Source of the DNA: Candidatus Eiseniibacteriota bacterium
GTDB taxonomy: Bacteria; Eisenbacteria; RBG-16-71-46; CAZAMP01
Length of the DNA stretch: 64,000 nt
Assembly (NCBI GenBank): GCA_965224245.1
Contig: OZ245046.1
Coordinates: 4,288,001-4,352,000, forward strand
Direction: 5' to 3'
Part shown: positions 29,661 to 37,529 of the stretch, piece after piece
Numbering within the stretch: the stretch's first letter is position 1
Layout: every line of letters starts with the position of its first letter
Made by a program: the position numbers and the translations under genes
Notes under the pieces: generated by a model
Seen by the model: the letters and a program-made list of their open reading frames with translations, nothing else
What the model was told of the DNA's origin: nothing
The model's database searches: none

Positions 29661-30485
29661 ACATCGCCGCCGACGCTCGAGGTGACCCTCGAGCTGCGCG
29701 TCCGTCTCGATACCCTCTCCCATGCGCACGCCGAGGCCGCGTGGGAGCACGCCCGGAAGCACGGGTTCCGGGGCTCGAAGGCGGAGTTCGTCGTCGCGGC
29801 GATGGCGATGTTCGCGAACGCCCTGTCGTCGGGGTTGGCGGCTCGGTCGACGGCGTCGGGAGCGGCGGCTCGGTCGACGTCGGCGCCGTCCTCCTCATCC
29901 CCGTCGGCTTCCTCATCCCGCGTGCGTCCTGCGTCTCCGGCGTCTCCGTCGTCGTCGGCGTCCCCCTCGGGCGTCATGGCCCACGACGTCTTCCTCATCG
30001 ACGGCGATGGTGGCAGGAGCGGGACCGCGGTCGTGCTATCAGATCGTCGTCCAGGACTGTCCGACCTGTCGACGGGCGCGCATCGGGGATCGTGCGCTTC
30101 CCGACGTCATGCGCCGGGCCATTCTTGCCGACGCGGACGTCGTCGATGCCCGGGGCCGGCGTCGCGCCAGCATCGCGCCGAGCCTGCGGCGACGCGTGCT
30201 CGCACGCGACGAGCACCGATGTCGTGTACCCGGGTGCAACAGCCGGCATCACCTCGCGGTGCATCATCGGCTGCCCGTGGAGCTCGGGGGTCGGAACACG
30301 CTGGAGACCTGGCCACGGTGTGCTGGCGCTGTCACGCCGCGTTGCACGCGATGCCGGTGGCCGCGGCGCGCGAGGTGTGGCTCGACGCGCGACGGCGCGA
30401 GTGACCGCGAGTCGCGAACGACGGAACGAGCTCCCGCGCCAGGTGCGGGAGGCCGTCTCCGGCGTCGCAACCTCTCGGGGACGTG

Positions 30486-30559
30486 AACGGGCGACGGGCC
30501 TCATCGGTATCCAACGGGCGACGGGCATCATCGGTACCCAACGGGCGACGGGCATCATC
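30486..30559. repeat. 27-bp tandem repeat, about 2.7 copies, downstream of the HNH gene
   Basis: AACGGGCGACGGGC(C/A)TCATCGGTA(T/C)CC units start at 30486, 30513 and 30540. Confidence 0.88.
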
Positions 30560-30609
30560 CGGATCACGAGGGTCACGTGCGCCGAGAGGTTCACCACCGT
30601 CATCTCTGG

Positions 30610-30864
30610 ACTCTCGTCCAGCCGACGATGGCGTTCCTCGAGCTGCTCGACGGTCAGGAGGTAGGTGTCGAACGTGTACTGCTCGGCCGGATGCTCGAAG
30701 CTCGACGTCTGCAACCAGCGACGGTGGTGAGCGATTCAGGCCCTCTTGCTCTGAGTGTGCGTGCAGCCCCGGCGGAGCATGAACGTGCCCGGGCGATGTC
30801 GCGCCGGTGTCAGCTCTCGTCCCACCGCGTCGCGACATCGGCACAGAACGCGGGCCGACACCTC
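30610..30864 (-). mobile_element. IS110-family transposase remnant (internal fragment with in-frame stop)
   Basis: Minus-strand translation EVSARVLCRCRDAVGRELTPARHRPGTFMLRRG...KRA*IAHHRRWLQTSSFEHPAEQYTFDTYLLTVEQLEERHRRLD matches the recalled IS110 pattern RDLxRxR...ARHRLxxFLLRxG...AWTxxHxxWL...F..YL. TGA at 30736-30738 sits where a Trp is expected. Confidence 0.75.
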
Positions 30865-31263
30865 CGTCGCGTCACTCACGCCCGGCTCCTCTTGCATGCG
30901 GCTCTGGCGCCGCCGGCGCCGACCCGCGACCGGGGCTCTGACCCCGCTCATGCTCAACACAGGACGACGGTGCAATCGCGGGCCGGTCGTTCCATACGGT
31001 CCGGTGTGAAACGGGACGCGTCGAGACACGTTCCGCCGCGGCGCGCGCCTCCTCGTGGGCGAGGGTCCGGCCCCGCGCAGGCACGTCGACCGGATCCACT
31101 GCGAGACCGACCGTGTACCGCCGTCTCTGCTGGGCTACAATCGTGGCTACGTCGATCGACTCTTCGGACACCCCGCGCTGGACGCTCGGTGTTCGACCTT
31201 CACCCTGCCCCGCATCCGTCCATCGAGCCAGCGCGGATCACCGACGACCGAGGGGAGGAATCC

Positions 31264-32361
31264 GTGACGGTCCACCTCACACGATGCGCCGCCCTCGTCG
31301 TGATCCTGGCGCGAGCCGGTCTCGCGGAACCGATGCCCGATTACCTGACCTCCGCAGAGCCCTACGCCGTGGACTTCATGATCGGCGGCGAGCTCGACGA
31401 CGAAGCGAGCTACCTCTATCAGCCCCGCGATCTCGCGATCGATGCCGACGGCAATCTCTTCGTGCTGGACACGAAGGGCTACTGCATCAAGAAGTTCGAC
31501 CCGACCGGAGAATACCTGGCCACGTTCGGGCGACAGGGCGAGGGACCCGGCGAGATGGAGCGCGCATACTCGATGTCGCTCGATCCGGAAGGCAACGTCG
31601 TCATCTACGACACCCAGCAGCGGCGGTTCACCACGTTCGGTCCGGATGGAACGCCGACCGAGACGGTCGGACTGTACGAGCTCGGCCGGCGCTCCATCCG
31701 GGACTTCGAGATCGGGCCGCGCGGATCGGTCTACGTCGTCACGCGGTGGCAGGACTGGGTCGAGCTCAGCCGTCCGGCGCTCTTCGTGCTCGAGCGGCTC
31801 GATCTCGACACGCTCGAGGAGACGCCGATCGACTCGACGCGCGCGACCGACATGTACGTCGTGCGGGACGGGAACACCACGTGGTCGGTGAGCGCCCCGT
31901 TCCCCCATCACCTGCGCTGGGGTGTCGCCCCCTCCGGAAAGGTGGTCACCTGCGACTCGGGCGACTACGTGATCGAGATCTACTCACCGGAGCTCCGGCT
32001 CCTGAGTACACGCCGGCACGACGTCGATCCGGATCCGGTGACCGATGCGGACCTCGAGCAGTATCTCGAGACATACGAGGAGGGGCGGTGGCGGGACATG
32101 GCCCGCGACGCGGACGTCCCCGAGTTCAAGCCGTACTTCGAGCACATGCACATCGATGACGGCGGCTACCTCCTCTTTCAGCGGTCCGGAGACGACTCCG
32201 ACGTCGCGACCTACGACGTGTTCGACCCCGACGGGGTCTTCCTCGATCAGGTCGAGCTGCCGTCGCTGGGAGGGGACGCGATCATCACCCAGGATCGGAT
32301 ACTCGACATCGGTGTCGATGAGGACGAGTCACCGGTCGTGTATTGCTACCGTCGCCCGTGA
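31264..32361 (+). CDS. Secreted 6-bladed beta-propeller (NHL-repeat-like) protein
   Basis: GTG after SD GGGGAGGA. Signal peptide. PRDLAIDADGNLFVLD...IKKFD..G.YL.TFGRQGEGPGE. C-terminal YDVFDPDGVFL. Confidence 0.85.
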   Translation: MTVHLTRCAALVVILARAGLAEPMPDYLTSAEPYAVDFMIGGELDDEASYLYQPRDLAIDADGNLFVLDTKGYCIKKFDPTGEYLATFGRQGEGPGEMERAYSMSLDPEGNVVIYDTQQRRFTTFGPDGTPTETVGLYELGRRSIRDFEIGPRGSVYVVTRWQDWVELSRPALFVLERLDLDTLEETPIDSTRATDMYVVRDGNTTWSVSAPFPHHLRWGVAPSGKVVTCDSGDYVIEIYSPELRLLSTRRHDVDPDPVTDADLEQYLETYEEGRWRDMARDADVPEFKPYFEHMHIDDGGYLLFQRSGDDSDVATYDVFDPDGVFLDQVELPSLGGDAIITQDRILDIGVDEDESPVVYCYRRP

Positions 32362-32369
32362 CCGGTGGC

Positions 32370-32412
32370 GTCGAGGATGTCACGGATGTCGAGGATGTCA
32401 CGGATGTCGAGG
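32370..32412. repeat. 9-bp alternating tandem repeat between convergent genes
   Basis: GTCGAGGAT-GTCACGGAT-GTCGAGGAT-GTCACGGAT-GTCGAGG. Confidence 0.85.
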
Positions 32413-32434
32413 CCGTCCGGCGTCGAGGCCGGAC

Positions 32435-34327
32435 TCAGGGCAGGCGTAGCACCCGGAGCCACGCGCGAGTCTCGGCTCCCGTCACCCGCAGGACGTAGAC
32501 GCCCGGCGACACCGGTCGCCCGGCCGCGTCGAGTCCGTCCCACGTCGCGCCCGGCTCACTCCCGCCGAGCTCGATCGCGCGCCGGAGCCGTCCCGCGGTG
32601 TCGTAGACGGTGATCGTGCGCACGGCCTCGCCGCCGGACAGCGTGACCCGGGTGCCGGTCCGGAACGGGTTGGGCATCGCCTGCGCCGGGGCGTCGGCCG
32701 ACACGGCGACGCCACCGCCGGGTACTCCGACGGTCGCCTCCTCGACGACGACCAGGAACTGATCGGCGGCCACGTCCAGGAGCTCCTGGTCGATGCCGCT
32801 CGGCCACTCGATGCGGAGACGATCCACGAGGGTGGCCGTGCCGAGCCCGAACTGGGCGACCATCGGCGGACCGGCGTAGAAGCTCCCGCCGCAGACGATC
32901 TCGACCATCTGCGTCGTGGGGCCGATCTCCGCGTACACCCGGGCGCCGACGCCGTTCCGGTTGGACTCGGTGCCCTCGAGTCGCACGTTCAGGAAGTGCC
33001 GGTCCTCGCGCGGCGTCTCGTTCCGGAAGAGCCGGGCGGTATCCCAGAGGTCGGTGAGGAGGAAGTCCACGTCCCCGTCGCCGTCGCAGTCGAACGGCAG
33101 GAGCCCGCGCGTGTTCGCGTCGTGGTCGAAGCCCGAGGCGACCGCGACGTCGGTGAAGTGACCGGTGCCGTCGTTCTGGAAGAGATACGAGGGAGTCACC
33201 CACTCGGTCTGCATCCACCCGTTGACGACCGCCAGATCCAGATCGCCGTCCAGCTCGACGTCCACGAAGGCGGCCCCCCATCCCCACCGGGCATCGTTCA
33301 CGCCCCGCGTGGCGGCCTCGTTCGTGAACGTGCCCGCGCCGTCGTTCTGGTAGTACCAGTTGCAGCAGCCCTCGGCCGCGGCTGCGTCGTCGGTGATGTT
33401 GGTGGTCAGGAGATCGATGTCCCCGTCCCGGTCCACGTCGCCCGAGGCGACGCCCATGTCGTTGTTGATGCTGAAGCCGTCGGGCCCGGGCGCGAACGGC
33501 GTGAACGTGCCGTCACCCTCGTTCCGGAAGGCGTAGTCGGGTGCGAAATCGACCGCACAGAAGAGGTCCTGCCAGCGATCGCCGTCCAGGTCCACGAAGA
33601 GCGGCGTCCACTGGCTCACGGTGTTGCCGAGCTCGAGTCCGGCCTCGACGGTGACGTCGACGAACGTGAACCCACCTTCGTTGCGATAGAGATGGTTCCC
33701 GTAGCTGAGCCAGCTCGTCGTGTAGAGGTCCAGATCGCCGTCGTGATCGTAGTCACCGGCGGTGCCACCGCCGACGACGACGGAGAGTGGCTCGAGTCCG
33801 CAGCCGGCGCTCACGTTCTGAAACGTTCCATCACCGAGATTGCGGTAGAGCTGCGTGTAGGGGAAGTCGACCGACCCGTCCGAGTCGCACCACAGGACGA
33901 GGTCGTCGTAGCCGTCACCGTCCAGGTCGGCGAAGAGCGGTGTCCGCGCCAGCGCGAGGTCGACGAGACCGGCCGAGGCCGCGACGTCCACGAAGACGCC
34001 GCCGTCGTTGCGATAGAGCGACGAGGGATGGCCGTTGACGTCGGCGATGCAGAGGTCGAGGTCACCGTCGCGGTCGATGTCCGACGCCGCGGCGCCGGTT
34101 CCGAAACGCGAGGTCTCACCCGGCAGATACCCCGGCATCGGGTCGTTCTCGTGATGAACGTAGGTGATCCCCAGAGGGGTCGTCCGATCCACGAACACGG
34201 GGGTCGGATCGGCCTTCACCGCCACCGGGACGGCAGTCGCGACCCCGATGGCGACGGCGATCGCCGCGCGCACGGAGGCCGCCGGCGCCTCGGTGGACGC
34301 GGGAGCTCGCAGACGGGTGATGAGCAT
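32435..34327 (-). CDS. CRTAC1/ASPIC-UnbV family FG-GAP repeat protein with C-terminal FlgD-Ig-like domain
   Basis: Multiple DxDxDGxxDL and LYRNxGxGxF repeats. ASPIC SNRNGVGARV...FGLG...IEWPSG. C-terminal PNPFR...WDG.D..G..V.PGVY. Confidence 0.9.
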   Translation of the reverse strand: MLITRLRAPASTEAPAASVRAAIAVAIGVATAVPVAVKADPTPVFVDRTTPLGITYVHHENDPMPGYLPGETSRFGTGAAASDIDRDGDLDLCIADVNGHPSSLYRNDGGVFVDVAASAGLVDLALARTPLFADLDGDGYDDLVLWCDSDGSVDFPYTQLYRNLGDGTFQNVSAGCGLEPLSVVVGGGTAGDYDHDGDLDLYTTSWLSYGNHLYRNEGGFTFVDVTVEAGLELGNTVSQWTPLFVDLDGDRWQDLFCAVDFAPDYAFRNEGDGTFTPFAPGPDGFSINNDMGVASGDVDRDGDIDLLTTNITDDAAAAEGCCNWYYQNDGAGTFTNEAATRGVNDARWGWGAAFVDVELDGDLDLAVVNGWMQTEWVTPSYLFQNDGTGHFTDVAVASGFDHDANTRGLLPFDCDGDGDVDFLLTDLWDTARLFRNETPREDRHFLNVRLEGTESNRNGVGARVYAEIGPTTQMVEIVCGGSFYAGPPMVAQFGLGTATLVDRLRIEWPSGIDQELLDVAADQFLVVVEEATVGVPGGGVAVSADAPAQAMPNPFRTGTRVTLSGGEAVRTITVYDTAGRLRRAIELGGSEPGATWDGLDAAGRPVSPGVYVLRVTGAETRAWLRVLRLP

Positions 34328-34531
34328 CGAGTCGTTCCAGGTTCGAAAGAGAAGACCACGGCGGGCGCATGCCCGGTCGGCACGCCGGCGATTGTGCTTT
34401 CGAGACGACGATTATACCGTAAGGCGCACTCGAACCGAAACCGGCGGAGAGTGCGGCCGATCCACCGAAGACCGCGATGCCGAACGCCTCCCGCCGGTCA
34501 CGAGCCCGATGCCGCGAGAGGAGAACGCCGT

Positions 34532-35134
34532 TTGCCCCTCGACCTGACCTCGATCGCCGCGCGGATCGTGGTCGCCGCGACCATCGGCGCGATGACCATC
34601 GCACGAGTCGTGCATCAACGGTGGGCGGGCGAGAGCCGGTCGAGCCTCGCGCGCCACCCGGGTGCGCGCCGGAGCGTCGTCTTGCCCGTGGTGGGCGGTG
34701 CACCGTGGGCACTCCTGACGATCGGCTGGGTTGCGGGCGTGATCCCGACCGGATGGCGTTCGACCCCGGGCGAGGGCGTCTGGCCGATCCTCGGCGCGGT
34801 GATCTCGGTCGCGTCGGGAATCCTGTACGTGCGCGTCCACGAGGCGCTGGGCCGTAACTTCTCCATCGCGCTCCGGATCCGGGACGATCACACGCTGGTC
34901 ACCTCCGGCCCCTACGCGCACGTGCGCCACCCGATGTACACCGCCGGCATCGGGCTCATGCTCGGGGTCTCGCTGGCGTCGGGGAGCGTCTGGATCGCGG
35001 GGACGGGGGCGCTGTACGCGGGCGTTCTCGTCCACCGCGTGCGCGCCGAGGAGGCGCTCCTCACGGACGCGTTCGGATCGGCCTACGAGACGTATCGCGC
35101 CCGGACCGGCGCCATCCTGCCCCGGTGGCGCTGA
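34532..35134 (+). CDS. Isoprenylcysteine carboxyl methyltransferase (ICMT/PEMT) family membrane protein
   Basis: LGRNFS...HTLVTSGPY..VRHPMY...RV..EE..L...FG..Y..Y..RT...P. TTG start after GAGGAG is assumed. Confidence 0.85.
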   Translation: MPLDLTSIAARIVVAATIGAMTIARVVHQRWAGESRSSLARHPGARRSVVLPVVGGAPWALLTIGWVAGVIPTGWRSTPGEGVWPILGAVISVASGILYVRVHEALGRNFSIALRIRDDHTLVTSGPYAHVRHPMYTAGIGLMLGVSLASGSVWIAGTGALYAGVLVHRVRAEEALLTDAFGSAYETYRARTGAILPRWR

Positions 35135-35222
35135 TGCGGGGCACCAGCCCGTCCTTCTCCCGGTGCGCCCCGCGCGCTATGCTCGCCGTCTTTCGACCCC
35201 ACGACCGAGGCGAGGAGCCGGC

Positions 35223-36494
35223 ATGAGTGCCTTGAACGTGAGATCCGAGATCGGGCGCCTGCGCGAGGTGCTGGTCCACGCGCCCGGACCCGAGATCGAC
35301 AACATGGTGCCGGACCTGATGGAGGAGCTGCTCTTCGACGACATCCTCTACGGCGACCTGGCGCGTGAGGAGCACGCGACGTTCCGCGCCGTGCTCGAGG
35401 CGCTCGACGTGCGAGTGCTCGAGGCACGCGACCTCCTGACCGAGACGCTGGCCAAGGAGGAGCCGCGGGCCTGGGTCAACGAGGTGCTCCTGCCCACGCT
35501 CTCGGCCGCCAGCGAGAACCGGATGCTCGCCGCGGACGCCGCCGAGCTGACGCGGATGCTCGTGGAGGGCATCCGCATCGACCCCGGCCACCGGGGGTTC
35601 GCGTCGCAGCAGATCTTCGAGATCGTCCCGCTGCCGAACTGGTGCTTCCAGCGCGATCCCCAGATCACGATCGGCGACGGGATCGTCATCTCGTCGATGA
35701 CGACGCCGGCTCGCTGGCGCGAGTCGTTCCTGTCGTCACTGATCTTCTGCCATCACGACCGCTTCGCCGAGACGCCGCGCGTCCTCGACTCGATGCATCC
35801 GGAGGCCCTGCTTCCCGCGTACTTCGGGCCCACACGCCCGTGCCACGAGGGCGGCGACATCCTGATCGTCTCCGAGGACGTCGTGGTGGTGGGCGGATCC
35901 GAGCGCACCAACCGGTCGGGCATCCAGCAGCTGGCGCGGCACCTGGCGCGGCTGGGCGGCCGACCGCGCTGGCTCGTCGCGGTGGTGCTCCCGCATCGCC
36001 GCGCGTACATGCATCTCGACACGGTGTTCACGCCCGTGGATCGGAACGCGTGTCTCGTCTACGCGCCGGTGATCCTCCCCGGTGGGCCCGAGACCGCCCG
36101 CGTGTTCGAGATCGATCTCTCGACCGATCGGCTGCGCTTCGAGCCGGTGGCGGATCTCCTGTCGGCGCTGCGCAACCGCGGCGTCGACTTCCAGCCCATC
36201 GCCTGCGGCGGGGCCGATCCCGTGCAGCAGCAGCGCGAGCAATGGACAGACGGCGCCAACGCGTTCGCGATCGCGCCCGGCGTGATCACGCTCTACGATC
36301 GCAATCTGGCCACGGTCGACGAGCTCGCCCGTCACGGGTTCCAGGCCGTGGCTGCCGAGGACGTCGTCGACGGCACGGTCAGGCTCGACCTCGACGCCCC
36401 CGACAGGAGGTGCATCGTGCTGCCGAGCAACGAGCTGGCCCGGGCCCGGGGGGGGCCCCACTGCATGACGCAGCCGCTGGTGCGGGACGCCTGA
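35223..36494 (+). CDS. arcA: Arginine deiminase
   Basis: SD GAGGAG. VRSEIGRLREVLVH.PG.E, LLFDDI, PLPN..FQRDP, EGGD, MHLDTVFT, EQWTDGAN, ELARARGGPHCMTQPL (catalytic Cys). Confidence 0.93.
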   Translation: MSALNVRSEIGRLREVLVHAPGPEIDNMVPDLMEELLFDDILYGDLAREEHATFRAVLEALDVRVLEARDLLTETLAKEEPRAWVNEVLLPTLSAASENRMLAADAAELTRMLVEGIRIDPGHRGFASQQIFEIVPLPNWCFQRDPQITIGDGIVISSMTTPARWRESFLSSLIFCHHDRFAETPRVLDSMHPEALLPAYFGPTRPCHEGGDILIVSEDVVVVGGSERTNRSGIQQLARHLARLGGRPRWLVAVVLPHRRAYMHLDTVFTPVDRNACLVYAPVILPGGPETARVFEIDLSTDRLRFEPVADLLSALRNRGVDFQPIACGGADPVQQQREQWTDGANAFAIAPGVITLYDRNLATVDELARHGFQAVAAEDVVDGTVRLDLDAPDRRCIVLPSNELARARGGPHCMTQPLVRDA

Positions 36495-36593
36495 CGGAGT
36501 CTTCGGCCGCCGATCGTTGGAGCGCACTGACGCCCCGGAGGCGCGGCTCGAAGGGCTCGATCGATCGGCGGGCACCGGCGAGACGAGGTCGCG

Positions 36594-37529
36594 TCAGCCT
36601 CGCGGCGCGCTCTCTCGCCGCACGTTGATGACCCCCTTGGCCAGCGCCGCCACGTACGCGACCGCCATCACGAAGTCGTCCTCCAGCAGATCGTGGAAGC
36701 TCTCAATGTACCCCTGATTGAGGACGACGTCGGTGTCCGCGTAGGCGTCGTACCAGCGCGGCTCGCCGCACTGCGACTCCACGTTTCCGAGCGGATAGCC
36801 CGGTCCGCACGTGAACGTGCCGCGCCCGTCGGGCTGCACACAGCGTACGCGCCCCGACAGAATCGCGTAGATGAAGCCGGATCGATCACCGGTCTTCCAC
36901 ATGGGCGTACCCGCGGTCAGGCGGTGCTCGACCAGCAGACGCGCGAGCTGAGAGACCGAGTCCAGGCTCGAGCCGAGGGTGCTGCCCCTGGCCAGCACCA
37001 TGAGCCGCTCCACGTAGTTGAGCGGGCGTTCCGGCGGGATCTCGGCGATCGGCTCGGTGCCGCCGAGGTGCTGGCCGTCGGGAATCCGCAGCCGCTCGCT
37101 CATGATGCGGCGCGCCAGTCCCTTGATGACGTGAAGAACGAAGTAGAAATTCTCCTCGAAGAGGTCTCGCAGCAGCTCGGCCGAGAGCTCCAGCACCAGC
37201 GAGTCGACCTCGGCCACCGCGTGAACGCCCTCGGGGTCGCGGGCGAGGAAGCTGACCAGCCCCACGGCCTGCTCGGCGCCGAGATCGACCCCGAGCGGGT
37301 ACTCACCACCCTCGACGCGGATCCACCCGTCCACGATGATGAACACCGACTGCGGGCTCTCCCCGCGCTCCAGGATCACCTCGCCTTCCCTCACGAAGCG
37401 CTCGCGGCCGTACTCGGACATGACCGCCAGCTCGGGCGGGGCCAGTGCGGCCAGGAGCGGGACCTTCTTCATGAACAGCGCCCGCTCGAGCGGCCCCACG
37501 AAGTGCATCCGACCCGCGATCACGCTCAT
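36594..37529 (-). CDS. Tandem cyclic-nucleotide-binding (cNMP/Crp-like) domain protein without HTH
   Basis: Two repeats of ER..L....L...L......GE.I...G......I..G.V/I. ATGA overlap with the upstream gene. Confidence 0.85.
   Translation of the reverse strand: MSVIAGRMHFVGPLERALFMKKVPLLAALAPPELAVMSEYGRERFVREGEVILERGESPQSVFIIVDGWIRVEGGEYPLGVDLGAEQAVGLVSFLARDPEGVHAVAEVDSLVLELSAELLRDLFEENFYFVLHVIKGLARRIMSERLRIPDGQHLGGTEPIAEIPPERPLNYVERLMVLARGSTLGSSLDSVSQLARLLVEHRLTAGTPMWKTGDRSGFIYAILSGRVRCVQPDGRGTFTCGPGYPLGNVESQCGEPRWYDAYADTDVVLNQGYIESFHDLLEDDFVMAVAYVAALAKGVINVRRESAPRG

Larger units (their letters stand above)
28857..30404 (+). pseudogene. DUF222-like/HNH endonuclease gene with two compensating frameshifts (real lesions or read errors)
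   Basis: SD GAGGGG. N-domain Y..LGF.S...YA.ERL...L...P.L..A...G.LSW.KAR. Most of the HNH half (YQIVV..CPTC...RRRVLARDEHRCRVPGC...VHH...GGRN) lies in the +1 frame from about 29971 to 30308. LATVCWRCH..LH resumes in the original frame at 30309. Confidence 0.8.
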
